NCBI GenBank assembly: GCA_951406725.2
Contig: OX597814.1
Span: forward strand, 19,406,001-19,470,000
From: Octopus vulgaris
Taxonomy: Eukaryota
Length of the DNA stretch: 64,000 nt
Direction: 5' to 3'
Positions 12,299-26,417 of this stretch are shown here, in pieces (within the stretch, counting starts at the first letter, position 1; each line of letters begins with the position of its first letter). The notes beneath the pieces were generated by a model. That model worked only from the letters and a program-made list of their open reading frames with translations. It did not search any database and was not told the origin of the DNA. The position numbers and the translations under genes were made by a program.

Positions 12299-12542
12299 GA
12301 ATAACTTTCAACCGCTTTGTCTATATGTTTCTTGTTTGCCTTATTATATCATTTTCTTATATCATATATAACGTGAAAGTTTTTAATATACTTCCATCCT
12401 CATGCTTTCTCCTTAACACAGACAGACACACGCACACACACGCACACGCGCGCATTTATGTATACATACACTTACTATCGGCTTCGATCTTCCTCACTTT
12501 TAGATACACATGCGCACGTACATGCACGCATTCAAAATACAC

Positions 12543-12582
<40 letters not shown>

Positions 12583-12596
<14 letters not shown>

Positions 12597-12631
12597 AATT
12601 CGAGACAAAACCACTATTTTGCAAATCAAAC

Positions 12632-12674
<43 letters not shown>

Positions 12675-12707
12675 TTCGAGACAAAACCACTATTTTGCAA
12701 ATCAAAC

Positions 12708-12751
<44 letters not shown>

Positions 12752-12878
12752 GTTTGATTTGCAAAATAGTGGTTTTGTCTCGAATTAATATTATATAATA
12801 TTTTACTATAAAATTGGATTTAATCCTAAATCTGATTTTTTCCCTGTAATTTTGGATTTATTCCCTAATATTTATTAT

Positions 12879-12890
<12 letters not shown>
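12583..12890. repeat. AT-rich interspersed repeat end in (TA)n with direct and inverted 45-bp duplications
   Basis: attcgagacaaaaccactattttgcaaatcaaacaatatt occurs twice, then as a reverse complement. Related sequence at 43575-43710 and 54025-54290. Confidence 0.75.
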
Positions 12891-12911
<21 letters not shown>

Positions 12912-12985
12912 TTAAAGCCCTTGCGCGAATCTCACTCCCTCATTGTTTCTCTCCCTTTTCTCTCTCACTTTCGCTCTCTCTCTTT

Positions 12986-13024
<39 letters not shown>

Positions 13025-13278
13025 AGTTCTTTCTTCCTTTATCTTTATAAGTTATTCCTTTCTATCGCATCTCCCATCGTCTCTGTATATTCCGCCACTT
13101 CTACCCGCGCTTCTTCTTCCATCCGATTGCAAACAGATTCTCTAAAGCTAACGCGTCATACTCACCTTCCTCTCTAAACTATATCTCATGTCACTCTCTC
13201 TATGTACAATATTAACTCTCCTTCCATAGTCTTTTTCGCGGTTCGTCTCTATTATATAATTTTTTAAACTATTCCACA

Positions 13279-13313
<35 letters not shown>

Positions 13314-13469
13314 CTGTTTGTCCCTCTCCTTTCTCTCTTTCTCATCTCTTTGTTCGTTCCCGTTACTCTCCATTTCTTCTTGATATTTTGGGTTTCATAT
13401 CTTTTTTTATAATCTTTCGCATCGTCCCTGTTCTTTCTCTTGTTTTATGGTCCTGCTTTATATACACAC

Positions 13470-13544
13470 AATACACACACACATACACACACACGCACAT
13501 CCTCTATTTGTTTGTGTATATATCCATCCAAATATGTGTGTGTA

Positions 13545-13615
<71 letters not shown>

Positions 13616-13779
13616 GTATATATATATATATATATATACATATGAGTGTATGAATGTATGTATGTATATATATACGCACACACACACATTTATGCACCGC
13701 TCTAAGTATGCATATATACACATACGCACACATGTATGTGTACGTGAGTGTATACACACAGATAGATTGATAAATCGAC

Positions 13780-13859
<80 letters not shown>

Positions 13860-13950
13860 GGAAACAAATACATACACACATGTAAACATGCATACATTCG
13901 TACATATATTTATACATACATACATGCATACATACAAACATACATACATT
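13470..13950. repeat. Compound (CA)/(TA)/(GATA)/(TACA) microsatellites
   Basis: Directly visible. Confidence 0.9.
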
Positions 13951-15264
13951 TATACACTTTTAACAACATTTCTTATTTCTTCGTCGTCTACAAAACTCTG
14001 CTATTCTCTCTTTTTCTCTTCATTATTCTTCTTTTGCCTGTCTCTCCCCCCTCTCACACTAACCCTTTCTCATTTCTCTTCTCTCATTCTCTCACCATCT
14101 CTCTCTTTCTCTCCATCTCTTTCTTTATTTCCTTTCTTTCGTATATCCTGTCACTTCCTCTCTAATTTCCACAAGAAATGCTATCCACATTTCACTCAGT
14201 ATGAGTGATAACTGCTCCAGGAAGTCGAAGATTTTGGCAGATAAGCAAGCAGATGTTCTAAACACAACACGAGTCGTTCTTTAAGTGGAACTATAGAGCA
14301 AACAGGAAGTCTTCGGAATCCATATAAGGCACGTGAAAGCGGTGATCCGGCGGTTGAGACGGAAGGGACTCAGATGCTCAGTAAACAAGGCTTGAAGGAC
14401 TTAAACAAACCAAAGCAAAACAAAAACAAAAAAAAATAGGGGAGAGGGCTCTCTGCTTGCCTATCCTTCTTTTTCTCTCTATTTTCTCTTTCTCTCTCAG
14501 ACACACACATACACACACACACACACACACACGCACGCACGTACACATAATGCATACATACACACTTGTATACTCGCACCTATACATTTACAAACGTATT
14601 GACTTGAGGAAGGCGAAGGAAAGATGGGGAGGGAAACATTTGAACAGTTAACTGGAGAAGTATTGGGGGGATGGGTTGAGGGTATGCAGGAGTAAGTGGG
14701 AGGAAAACTTCAAAAGATTCTCTCATACACACACACACACACACACACTCACAAACATACAGAAAGACTCATACAAATATTCTCCTGTTCGCGCGCATAC
14801 ACAGTTTTAAAGTTACATATATTAAAAACTATATATATATATATATTCGTATATAGGGATGATGCACTTTTCATATATATATTCGTATATGTGTACACCA
14901 CACAACAAAATGAAATACACACATATACATACATTATGCATGTTATACAAGCACCACACTGCACAAAAATACGTTCATGTATGGGCCACACACACGCACA
15001 TATACACACGCATACGTCATTAAGCAAGCATACATGCATACACATCACACACCCTAGAAACGTATACACACGTACACACATATATACATCTCAATAATGT
15101 GTACGCACACACATTACTCATACCTAATACATGAAATTAAACATATACACACGCAAACACAAATTCACAAATTCAAACACACCACATCGCTCCACACAAT
15201 CCGGTAGAAGCGCACACACATACACTGTATATATGTGAAATATAGATACACACACACATACACA

Positions 15265-15475
15265 CAGACACAGACACTGTCGCTATTACCACAGAAACAA
15301 ATACAATTGCATACACACATGCACACACAAACACACGCATTGCATACACGAAATACACACACACAGACACTGTCGCTATTACCACACCAGCAAATACAAT
15401 TGCATACACACACACACATGCACACACTGTCGCTATTACCACACAAGCAAATACAATTGCATACACACACACACA
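15265..15475. repeat. Minisatellite, three copies of acactgtcgctattaccac...caaatacaattgcatacacac
   Basis: Copies at about 15274, 15367 and 15424. Confidence 0.85.
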
Positions 15476-15889
15476 AACACACACATTCATACATGAAATA
15501 CACATACACACGCACACACACAAGCATGCATAGACATTACATGTGTCAAATACACATACACACAACCACTACCATTTCTCCATAATATCACTCACACAAG
15601 CACATATACGCATTGCGGCAATCTTTCGGTATTGGTACACGACATCATTCACCCACACAACGTTCTCTCATGGCATAGATAAAAAGATAAAAACAAGGCT
15701 AGGCTGACTAAGACGGCGAATGACGTCGTCTTCTCACACCGACACTCTGTAGACCAATATTGAAGGAACTCTCACTGTAAATGTCACCATTAAGCAAATT
15801 CAATCGCACACACTAACGAAGAATACATATACACAATCCGTGTTGCAAATATAAAAATACATCTCACCATTACCACGAAAACTACAGAA

Positions 15890-16482
15890 GTTCTATTCTA
15901 CTCTAGGCACAAGACCCGAAATTTTCAGGGAGAGGCACAGTCCATTATTTCGACCCCAGTGCGTAATTGGTTCTTAATTTATCGACTCCGAAAGGATGAA
16001 ATGCAAAGTCGACCTCGGTGGAATTTGAACTCATAACGTAAAGACGGAGTGCTAACGTTTCTTATTTCTTTATTGTCCACAAGGGGCTAAACATAGAGGG
16101 GACAAACAAGGACAAAGGGATTAAGTTGATTACATCGAACCCAGTGCGTAATTAGTTTTTAATTTATCGGCCCCGAAAGGATGAAAGGCAAAGTCGACCT
16201 CGGCGGAATTTGAACTCAGAACGTAACGGCAGACGAAATACCTATTTCTTTACTACCCACAAGGGGCTAAACGCAGAGAGGACAAACAAGGACAGACAAA
16301 CAGATTAAGTCGATTATATCGACCCCAGTGCGTAACTGGTACTTAATTTATCGACCCCGAAAGGATGAAAGGCAAAGTCGACCTCGGCGGAATTTGAACT
16401 CATAACGTAGCGGCAGACCGGTAGACGAAATACCGCTAAGCATTTCGCCCGGAGTGCTAACGTTTCTGCCAGCTCTCCGCCT
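15890..16482 (-). mobile_element. Composite SINE-A multimer
   Basis: One head at 16482, two units with the Tx1-like tail and a distal unit with the alternative tail. Confidence 0.85.
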
Positions 16483-17016
16483 TACGGACACTACAGAGTT
16501 AATCCAACCATGTATACACACTCCACACAAAAGCACATAGCATTAACCAAACAGATACATAGAAATATCATTCAATCACAATGTCAAAGCCAAGCTCTCA
16601 CAAAACGCACCAAATTAAGCGCGCACACACGGATATGTATGTGTGTGTGTGTGTCTTTATGCACATACTCACACGCAATTGCTGAAACAAAGACACACAT
16701 GCACACATAGACCAGTGCGTACAAACGCACTCAACACACAAAATTCAAACTATATCACTCAATGACATTTATAAATCTATCGAGTGATTGAATGTATCTG
16801 TCAAGTTACAAATCTACTTACAAATTTCTAGCATTATGCATAATCATACAAATAGGCATACGCACATATACACACAGATGCGCCCACACACAAGTACACG
16901 TATACACACGCACACACTGACACACATATACACACACCGGCACACACACTCACACACATCTATCAATAATTACAAGTTAACTCACATGCATAATGGCGTA
17001 TATATATATATATAAT

Positions 17017-17180
17017 GTTCCTTCTCGAGCCATGCCTGGCTCGTAAGGGCCGGTTTCCCAGTTTCAATAGAAATTCCCCAAGTGGACGGGACTCCGATCC
17101 GTCGCAGCGTTACTCATTTTTGCCAGCTGAGTGGACTGAAGCAACGTGAAACGAAGTGTTTTGCTCAAGAACACAACGCA
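17017..17180 (-). mobile_element. Truncated SINE (D-type core, tail shared with the 49497 copy)
   Basis: gttccttctcgagccatgcctggc...gctcaagaacacaacgc. Confidence 0.65.
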
Positions 17181-17427
17181 TGCGTTGAGAGCAGGGGTAA
17201 TCCGCCAGCTCTCTGGCTCTCTGTACTAAAAAGCATTGATCAATTCTTCTATTCCTTGTTGATTTTTTTATAGATAACTTCACATGAAAATAATATTTAG
17301 AGACATAGAACAAATAGATAGCTAGAAAGATAGATAGATAGATACATACATACAAACATACATACATACATGCATGCATACATATGTACATACATACATA
17401 CATACATACATACATACATACATACAT

Positions 17428-17685
17428 TTATTGGCCACGCAGAGCTAAACACAGAAGGGACAAAATACAAAGTAGAGCTTTTCTTTTGGGGAAGAAGAGA
17501 AGGGGAGAAAGGGGGGAGGCGAATTCCGATCAAAAGGGATCGTGAAAAAAAAATTTGTGGGGCCGATCAATAGGGATCGTGTATCACAGAAATGTCAATG
17601 TAAAAAGGGAAAACAGATTAGGTTTGTCCGTGGATAGAAAAGCCTACGGAAAAGACCACGGGAACCTTGGGCAATAGTGTCATGC
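17428..17685 (-). mobile_element. 3' UTR fragment of the Tx1/L1-like LINE
   Basis: Homologous to 50227-50500 (gggatcgtgtatcacagaaatgtca, agcctacggaaaagaccacgg). Confidence 0.75.
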
Positions 17686-18249
17686 AAAAAGAAACCACAT
17701 TACAGTTTGTGGCTCTCTATTTTCCTATCGCTTGTTTTTAATAGCTAGATAGAAAGATAGATAGATACAGATATGCATACGAACACAAACACAAATACGC
17801 ATGTATATGTATGTGTGTGAAGATTTTTAGTAGACATATTTGTATTTGTATGTGAATATGTGATTGTTAGCGTGCACCCTGCGCTCGTGAATACGGGTAC
17901 ACGCGCGTGTGTGTGTGCTTGTGTTGACGCATATGTGTTTTTTTATGTAGGTATGCATATTTCCGAAACTATCTTATTCAAATATCATGAAGACTATAGA
18001 ATTTCGAAATACAAACGACCATAACAGAAAATCATAGGAAATAAAATGAAGATCGCTCTTTGGTGATTTTAAAAGCACGGTCTTCTTTCACTTTCTCTTT
18101 TTTTCTCTCTGTCTCACACACACACACGAGTTTCCACACATACACACACGCCTCTCCCTCATACGCTCCCTCCACACATTCACATTCATTCCTTCCTACA
18201 TTTTGCGTTTTGGGATTTTTTCTCTCTTGTGTTTCACATTGTTATATGT

Positions 18250-18840
18250 GGAGGCGCAATGGCCCAGTGGTTAGGGCAGCGGACTCGCGGTCGTAGGATT
18301 GCGGTTTCGATTCCCAGACCGGGCGTTGTGATTGTTTATTGAGCGAAAACACCTAAAGCTTCACGAGGCTCCGGCAGGGGATGGTGGTGATCCCTGCTGT
18401 ACTCTTTCACCACAACTTTCTCTTACTCTTACTTCCTGTTTCTGTTGTACCTGTATTTCAAAGGGCCGGCCTTGTCACTCTCTGTGTCACGCTGAATATC
18501 CCAGAGAACTGCGTTAAGGGTACACGTGTCTGTGGAGTGCTCAGCCACTTACACGTTAAAAGCTCCACGAGGCTCCGGCAGGGGATGGTGGTGATCCCTG
18601 CTGTACTCTTTCACCACAACTTTCTCTTACTCTTACTTCCTGTTTCTGTTGTACCTGTATTTCAAAGGGCCGGCCGGCCTTGTCACTCTCTGTGTCACGC
18701 TGAATATATCCCCGAGAACTGCGTTAAGGGTACACGTGTCTGTGGAGTGCACAGCCACTTACACGTTAATTTCACGAGCAGGCTGTTCCGTTGATTCGGA
18801 TCATCCGGAACCCTCGTCGTCGCAACCGACGGAGTGCTTC
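18250..18840 (+). mobile_element. SINE-C with an internal ~200-bp tandem duplication
   Basis: aaagct(t/c)cacgaggctccggcagggg...cacttacacgtt repeated at about 18355 and 18558. Confidence 0.9.
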
Positions 18841-18988
18841 CCATCTATGTGCGTATGAGTACATGCATGCATGTGTGTACGGGCGTGTATATGCATGTGT
18901 GTGTGCGTGTAGCTGATTGCATGTGAGTGCATTCGTACGTATGTATTTTTACAAAATATAATTACATGTATATATATATATATATATC

Positions 18989-19213
18989 CAGTAATCCCTC
19001 GACTATCGCGGGTGTTACGTTCCAAAATCCCCTGCGATGGGTAAAAATTCGCAAAGTAGAAACAGTGATGGACTGTAGATTTTTTGTTGTTGTTATTTTT
19101 ATAATTTGTATATATTTATTTTATTGTAATACAAAACAACACCACGGAGGAATCGACGTAAGCTTAAATAACAAACCGCAATAGGTGAACCGCAATAAGG
19201 CGAGGGATTACTG
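18989..19213. mobile_element. pogo/Tigger-type MITE
   Basis: TIR CAGTAATCCCTCG / CGAGGGATTACTG. Confidence 0.8.
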
Positions 19214-19218
19214 CACGT

Positions 19219-19281
<63 letters not shown>

Positions 19282-19282
<1 letters not shown>

Positions 19283-19699
19283 GTTTCTTTATTGCCCACA
19301 AGAGGCTAAACATAGAGGGGACAAACAAGGACAGACAAGGGGATTAAGTCGATTACATCAACCCACCCAGTGCGAAACTGGTACTTTATTTATCGACCCC
19401 GAAAGGGTGAAAGGCAAAGTCGACCTTGGCGGAATTTGAACTCAGAACGCAACGACAGACGAAATACCTATTTCTTTATTACCCACAAGGGGCTAAACAC
19501 AGAGCGGACAAACAAGGACAGACATAGGTATTAAGTCGATTACATCGACCCCAGTGCGTAACTGGTACTTAATTTATCGACCCCGAGAGGATGAAAGGCA
19601 AAGTCGACCTCGGCGGAATTTGAACTCACAACGTAACGCAGACGAAATACCGCGAAGCATTTCCCTCAGCGTGCTAACGCTTCAGCCAACTCACCGCCT
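19282..19699 (-). mobile_element. SINE-A dimer inserted in (GATA)n
   Basis: (GATA)n on both sides (19219-19281, 19702-19777). Confidence 0.9.
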
Positions 19700-19701
19700 T
19701 T

Positions 19702-19778
<77 letters not shown>

Positions 19779-20384
19779 CGTAAATGTACGAATAGGGGAA
19801 AATATTTCTGCCTTTATATTACAATACATTTCATTCCAAAATGGACCGCACCGTTTTGCAGCTGTTATCTCCGTTGTCGTTGTCGTCGTCACAACCACCG
19901 CCCCCTACTTTTCCTGTCCTCCTTCTTCACATTTACTTCCGCTTCTCTCTCTTCTCCACCTTCCCCATGACTACTCTCCCTCCATATCTACAGTCCCCAT
20001 CCTTAAGCTTCTCCTCCTCCTTCTTCTTTTTTTTCTTTTTTTCATAAAATAAAGAACCAGTTCATTACTGGGATCGGTGCAATCGACTTTTAAAATTGCT
20101 AGACTTGTGCCAAAATTTGAAATATTTATTATTATTATTGTTGTTGTTGTTATTATTTAAGACATCGTACAGTATCCAATATCGCGATGTTGTTGATTGA
20201 AGATGTTGTGTCTACCGGGGGTTTGTACTGTCAGTCATAAGCAACTCAGACAGGACCTCATATCAAAACAAGGATCTCAGACTCAATATGCGTACAGTTA
20301 CAAGTAAACCCAGTTTTTGCAATACACCTAGATTGTAGGTTATGATCCAGCCATGCCACTATTATTATTATTATTATTATTATT

Positions 20385-20459
<75 letters not shown>

Positions 20460-20468
20460 ATTTTTATT

Positions 20469-21086
20469 GAGTGAGAGAGCAGTGCATGCCATCAAAGTGA
20501 CACCGGGGTAAAATATACGAAGCCCAATATACCCATCATGACTACCCGTCTGATAAGGGTACACTAGGCACATGCATCACTGCCATATGTGAGCGACATG
20601 GTGATCTCATATCAAGATAAACAGCACATGACTTTGCAGGTGGGGCCCAGTTAGAATTTTCTTCTGGTCGAGTAACTCATCCCGCTCAAAAGGTCCCTGA
20701 ATAAGGGTTGTTTAATGATGTTGAACAAAACACACATGTTTCCAGAGGTGAATTATTCAAATCCTAAAGAATCCCTCTCAACACATGGCTATGATGCTCC
20801 CCCACTACTTCTGCTCGTGATCAAAGAGTTGCACATATCGTCAGCCACTAAGGGACATGCTCAACTGATTAAGGTCAAACAACTGACAAGCAAATCTGTG
20901 GTATTGAGCAGAATATTTGCTGTAGCCCATCTTTTATACCAAGACAAAACAATGTACATGATATCACTTCTAATCAGTTAAGATCAGAAGCCACGAGAGC
21001 CACTGTCTGGTACTGCATCAGGGCATCGCCACTGCTTGGTACTGCATCAGGGCATAGTCACTACCTGGCACTGCATCAGGGCATTT
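20469..21086 (-). mobile_element. Unclassified ~600-bp non-coding interspersed element in (TAA)n, with a triplicated end
   Basis: Two more copies at 30014-30783. The ~29-bp unit cactgcctggtactgcatcagggcat occurs three times at 21000-21084. Orientation is inferred from the TAA flanks. Confidence 0.7.
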
Positions 21087-21134
21087 ATTATTATTATTTA
21101 TTATTATTATAATTATTATTATTATTATTATTAT

Positions 21135-21180
21135 TCAGTAGTTTTATTTTTATAGCGTGCTTTCACTTCACTACCGAGCA
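21135..21180 (-). mobile_element. Extreme 3' end of the R4/Dong element in (TTA)n
   Basis: Reverse complement of 62242-62287. Confidence 0.85.
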
Positions 21181-21227
21181 TTATTATTATTATTATTATT
21201 ATCATTCTTCTTCTTCTTCTTCTTCTT

Positions 21228-21313
<86 letters not shown>

Positions 21314-21334
21314 CATCATCATCATTAGTAGTAA

Positions 21335-21398
<64 letters not shown>
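21181..21398. repeat. Compound trinucleotide repeat (TTA)(TTC)(TTA)(TCA)(GTA)
   Basis: Directly visible. Confidence 0.95.
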
Positions 21399-21399
<1 letters not shown>

Positions 21400-21662
21400 T
21401 GTAATCCGCTTCAACCAAATTGTTACAGTGACTTCGTCCGTCTTCTTTTAAAACTACAAAGCAGAAAATGAATGAAAACTAAAAGAAAACAGCGGTTCGG
21501 CAAAAAGAGAACGATAGAAGACTTCGAAAATTTAGAATGAGAACCGAATCCACTGGCTTCGATTTTTCTGAGACACATCAAAGATCATTTACATCCATAT
21601 TCAGAAGTTCTGAAACGTATGAAAAGAAAACGTGGAGCTGCTGTCAAATCTAAGGAAGCATA

Positions 21663-22776
21663 CGAGGGGCGTTCAATAAGTAATGCCTCTGACCCACTTG
21701 CATTTGTTTGATCTAGCTGAAAATTTACATGTGCAATTATTTATATCTCTATAGATGAAGTGGCAACTTACAGCCCTAAACTAATTGTGGTTTCTGATAT
21801 ACAGGTGTTTGAACTGAAACAGCTCCCAGATCTGGTCGCCCCCCTTCTGCCATTGATAAGGCATCTGTCTGTCAAGTTGAGGCCGCCATTTTGGAAGATC
21901 GACGCATAACTATTCGCCAAATAGCCCATGAGGTCAAGTTTAGTACCGGGTCTGTGGAAACTACCATTCATGACCATTTGCATATGCAAAAGGTGTCTGC
22001 CAGATGGATTCCCAGGTTGCTCACACCTTTCCAGAAGCAAGAACGCGTCGAGTGCTCGAGGATGAATTTGGAGATGTGCCAAGAAGATGAGTCAAACTTT
22101 TTCAAAAGACTGATTACACAGGATGAAACCTGGGTCCATCACTATGATCCAGAGACCAAAGCCCAGTCAATGCAGTGGAAGCACCGTGACTCACCTCCTC
22201 CAAAGAAGGCAAGGGTGCAGCCCACCGCTGGCAAGGTCATGCTCACAGTCTTCTGGGACCAGAACGGAGTAGTGATGACAGATTTCCTGGCAAAGGGTAC
22301 CACAATTACAGGAGCCTATTATGCTTCACTTTTGAGGAAATTAAGAGAAGCTATCAAAATCAAGAGGCGGGGCAAGATCAGCAAAGGCATCCTCCTCCTG
22401 CAGGACAACGCTCCGGTCTACAACTCGTGTGTTGCCAGAGCAGAAGCACAGGCGTGCGGCTATGAACTCCTCTCCCATTCCTCCTAATCTCCTGACCTTG
22501 CACCCTCTGATTTTCACCTCTTCCCAGCCATGAAGTTATTTTTGAAAGGAAAGCGTTTCCCAGATGATGCAGCCTTGATTTCTGAAGTCACGTTGTGGTT
22601 GGAGGACCAAGCTGGGGTCTTCTACAAAAACGGTCTCCAGAGTTACATCAAACGATGGGAGAAATGTGTAACTCTGAGTGGTTCCTATGTAGAAAAAGAC
22701 TAATAACTGTGCCAGGTTTCGTTGCTCTACTGCTATGGGAAGTGGGTCAGGGGCATTACTTATTGAACGCCCCTCG
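21663..22776 (+). mobile_element. Mariner (DD34D, irritans-like) transposon, internally deleted
   Basis: TA TSD; ~37-bp TIR cgaggggcgttcaataagtaatgcc..tgacccactt. Confidence 0.95.
21816..22703 (+). pseudogene. Mariner transposase pseudogene
   Basis: PRSGRP..WIPRLL..TQDETW..LQDNAP..(Y>stop at 22485-22487)SPDLAPSDFHLF..RWEKCV..GSYVEKD*. The first HTH is missing. Confidence 0.95.
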
Positions 22777-22874
22777 TATGAGTGATACAATTCATTTACA
22801 TCAGAGAAAAAGGTTAACAGTCGAACACTCCCAAGTACTACATCTTGGTATAGTACTGTTTCCCTATTCTCCTA

Positions 22875-22919
<45 letters not shown>

Positions 22920-22934
22920 TCTCTCACCATATTT

Positions 22935-23065
22935 CTGTCTACTGATGAACAAGTAAGGGGTGACAAAAACAGCAGACAGTTTGTCATATTTCTGAAAAAG
23001 AGTAACGATTTCACTACTGACGTGACAAAGCATTCCATATGCAAAATCAGAAATCCGGGATCTAG
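22935..23065 (+). ncRNA. Two tandem degenerate hammerhead motifs in a Penelope-like terminal repeat (about 22930-23215)
   Basis: ctgtct-a-CTGATGA...agacag (GAAA decayed) and cta-CTGACGt...GAAA-TCCGGGA-TC-tag. Confidence 0.5.
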
Positions 23066-23566
23066 AATTATCCAGTAATTTTTTACTATTTTCATCTTGT
23101 CTCTTTGTTTTCTCTCCGTGTTGATATATGTACAATTAAGGTGGTTTTAGAGTCAGATCATGGCTGCTATTTTCAGCATGGTGGTATCTCGTAGCTACCC
23201 TAATTCATAATTTTATATATATATATATAATACACTAAGGTATGATATGTAGATGTGTGTGAGTGTGTGTGTGAGCCTGTGCGTGGTTTTGTTAATATGT
23301 GTGTGCGTGTGTATTTCGGCCATGTATTAACATACATGCTTTACTACGCATCCCTCCATTTCCTCTTCTGTGAACTTTTCATCTTTCCGAAGAAGATCCG
23401 TGCACGAAACGTAACTCGTAGTTTTCCACTCAAAACTTTCTGTGATGGTCAATCTAATACATTCAGCGTGAACATCCAATGGACCTCTGTTGTTATTTCC
23501 TGTTTCTTTTATCATTTATTTGCCCACATGTATATGTACATACACACTTAAACGCATACTCTCTCT

Positions 23567-23605
<39 letters not shown>

Positions 23606-23636
23606 TACGAACACACACAAATATATATATATATAT

Positions 23637-23950
23637 ATCACCGTGATCACCGTGACCGACCAGGCTATCAGATGTTACTACACATCGCTGGTCACAATGC
23701 GCTTCGCATTGTTTTTTAGCCTTCAAATGACGCCACCCCGCTGGTTAAGCGAGCAGGACAACAGAAGAAAGAGTGAGAAAAAGTTGTGGCGAACGAGTAC
23801 AGCAGGGATCGCCACCACTCTCTGCCGGGGCCTCGTGGAGCTTTAGGTGTTTTCGCACAATAAACAATCACAACGCCCGGTCAGGGAATCGAAACCGCGA
23901 TCATACGACAGCGAGTCCGCTGCCCTAATCACTGGGCCATTGCGCCTCCA
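23637..23950 (-). mobile_element. SINE-C head/core with a different tail
   Basis: Head at 23950; tail ends ...ggtcggtcacggtgatcacggtgat. Confidence 0.85.
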
Positions 23951-23996
23951 CCTATACATAAACATATACATATACATATACATATATATATATACA

Positions 23997-24320
23997 GCCG
24001 CAGGTGTGGCTGTGTGGTAAGAAGTTGGCTTCCCACCTACATGGCTTAGTCCCACTACATGGCATAATATGCAAGTGTCGTCTACTATAGCCTCGGGCCG
24101 GCCAAAGCCTTGTGAGAGAATTTGGTAGACGGAAACTAAAAGATGCTCGTCGTATATATATATATATGTATGTATTTATATGTGTATCTTTGTGTCTGTG
24201 TTTTAACAACCAGCCCACCGCATCCATCACTTATCAACCGATGTTGCTGTATATACGATTCATGTAACTTAGCGGTTCGGCAGAAGAAAACAATAAAATA
24301 AGTACCAAGCTTAAAAAGTC
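23997..24320 (+). mobile_element. Diverged SINE-B
   Basis: gcaggtgtggctgtgtggtaag head and ggtagacggaaact core. Confidence 0.8.
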
Positions 24321-24326
24321 TACGAA

Positions 24327-24381
<55 letters not shown>

Positions 24382-24386
<5 letters not shown>

Positions 24387-24615
24387 AGGGCATTATTACA
24401 CATAAATGCCTCACACTAAGAGGGACATAAGTCATTACTACCAAAATTTCACTAATCATACCCAATGCAGTTTTTCAAAGCAAGACATTTAAAAAATGAA
24501 TTTTTTAAATGTCTTGCTTTGAAAAACTGCATTGGGTATGATTAGTGAAATTTTGGTAGTAATGACTTATGTCCCTCTTAGTGTGAGGCATTTATGTGTA
24601 ATAATGCCCTCTATA
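24382..24615. repeat. Perfect palindrome, 116-bp arms and 2-nt loop, adjacent to (TA)n
   Basis: 24382-24497 is the reverse complement of 24500-24615. The right arm continues into an AT-rich element end to about 24745. Confidence 0.95.
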
Positions 24616-24784
24616 TAATATAAATTAATATGTTCAAAAGAAAAAAAATTATTTTCGAATTTTTCTCTTATGAGGTTTTTCACGCTAACTACCTGATAAT
24701 TTCTGTTAAGATTCCTTATTAAGAAGTTATCCTTAATTGTTAAATATATATATATATATACATATATATATAACATTACTATTT

Positions 24785-25000
24785 TGTGTGTATTTCATTG
24801 ATGAGGCAAAGCATTTTTTAAGCAAAATCAGAAATCCGTGATCTTGAATTATCCAATTTTTTGCTAGTTTAATTTCTCTCTTTGTCTTCTCTCCTGGTGC
24901 TGTATGAACATTTAATGTGGTTTTAAAGTCAAGTTTTGGCCGTTATATCTAGCATGGTTGTATCTTTTAGACACCCTTAATTATAATTTTAATAATTATT
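24785..25000 (+). mobile_element. Penelope-like terminal repeat with a degenerate hammerhead (24794-24848)
   Basis: Homologous to 23010-23215; ttca-tTGATGA-ggc...GAAA-tccgtga-TC-ttgaa. Confidence 0.55.
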
Positions 25001-25074
25001 ACTTGTCAGGTTTTTATTCCGATGCTAGCCACTTGATACGATCGGCATTTTAAATAAGGATCTTATCCTTATAT

Positions 25075-25750
<676 letters not shown>

Positions 25751-26417
25751 ATTAAATATATTTACAATCATGTGCTAGTATACGTATGTGTGTATGCATG
25801 TGTGTGTCTGTATATGAGGTCATTTATTATATGCATGTATAAATACGTATATAAGTGTATGCGTATGTCTGTTCCCGCAATTTATCCTTACTGACGAGCC
25901 CCCTTCATATGAATATTGATGTCAGCAGCATCTTCAGACCTTACGCTGTGTATTTGCACGGCTTCTTGCTGATTAACATTGGCGGTTAAAGGGTATGAAG
26001 AAACCATGTTGCTACGACTAAGGTCAAACCTTATGGAAAGCAATGAAACAGGAATATGGCTAATTTAAACAATTTAGAAGGAATATGTTCAGAAATGGTG
26101 AGTTCAAGCAATTTCAAGTTTGCTTAGTCATGGCATTGCTTCATACATGCACTTTCTGTAAGTCTGTGTCAGCGTGTGTGTATGTATATTCATGTACGCA
26201 AGTGTATACATGTGTATGTATATATCACATGTAGTTTATATATAAGTATATATATAAAATACATGTATATATAGAATATGGAAGAAATATATGTATGATA
26301 TTTATATATTATATAGGTATATTAAATGTAAATATCTATATATATAATGCATTTTATATGCATGTGTATATATTATATGATATATACATGCATATATATG
26401 TATGTTTGTGTGTGTGA

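Noticed and set aside
18250-18325. tRNA gene (also 28940-29011 and other SINE heads)
   Set aside because: A/B boxes continue into SINE core and tail without a proper acceptor stem; these are tRNA-derived SINE heads.
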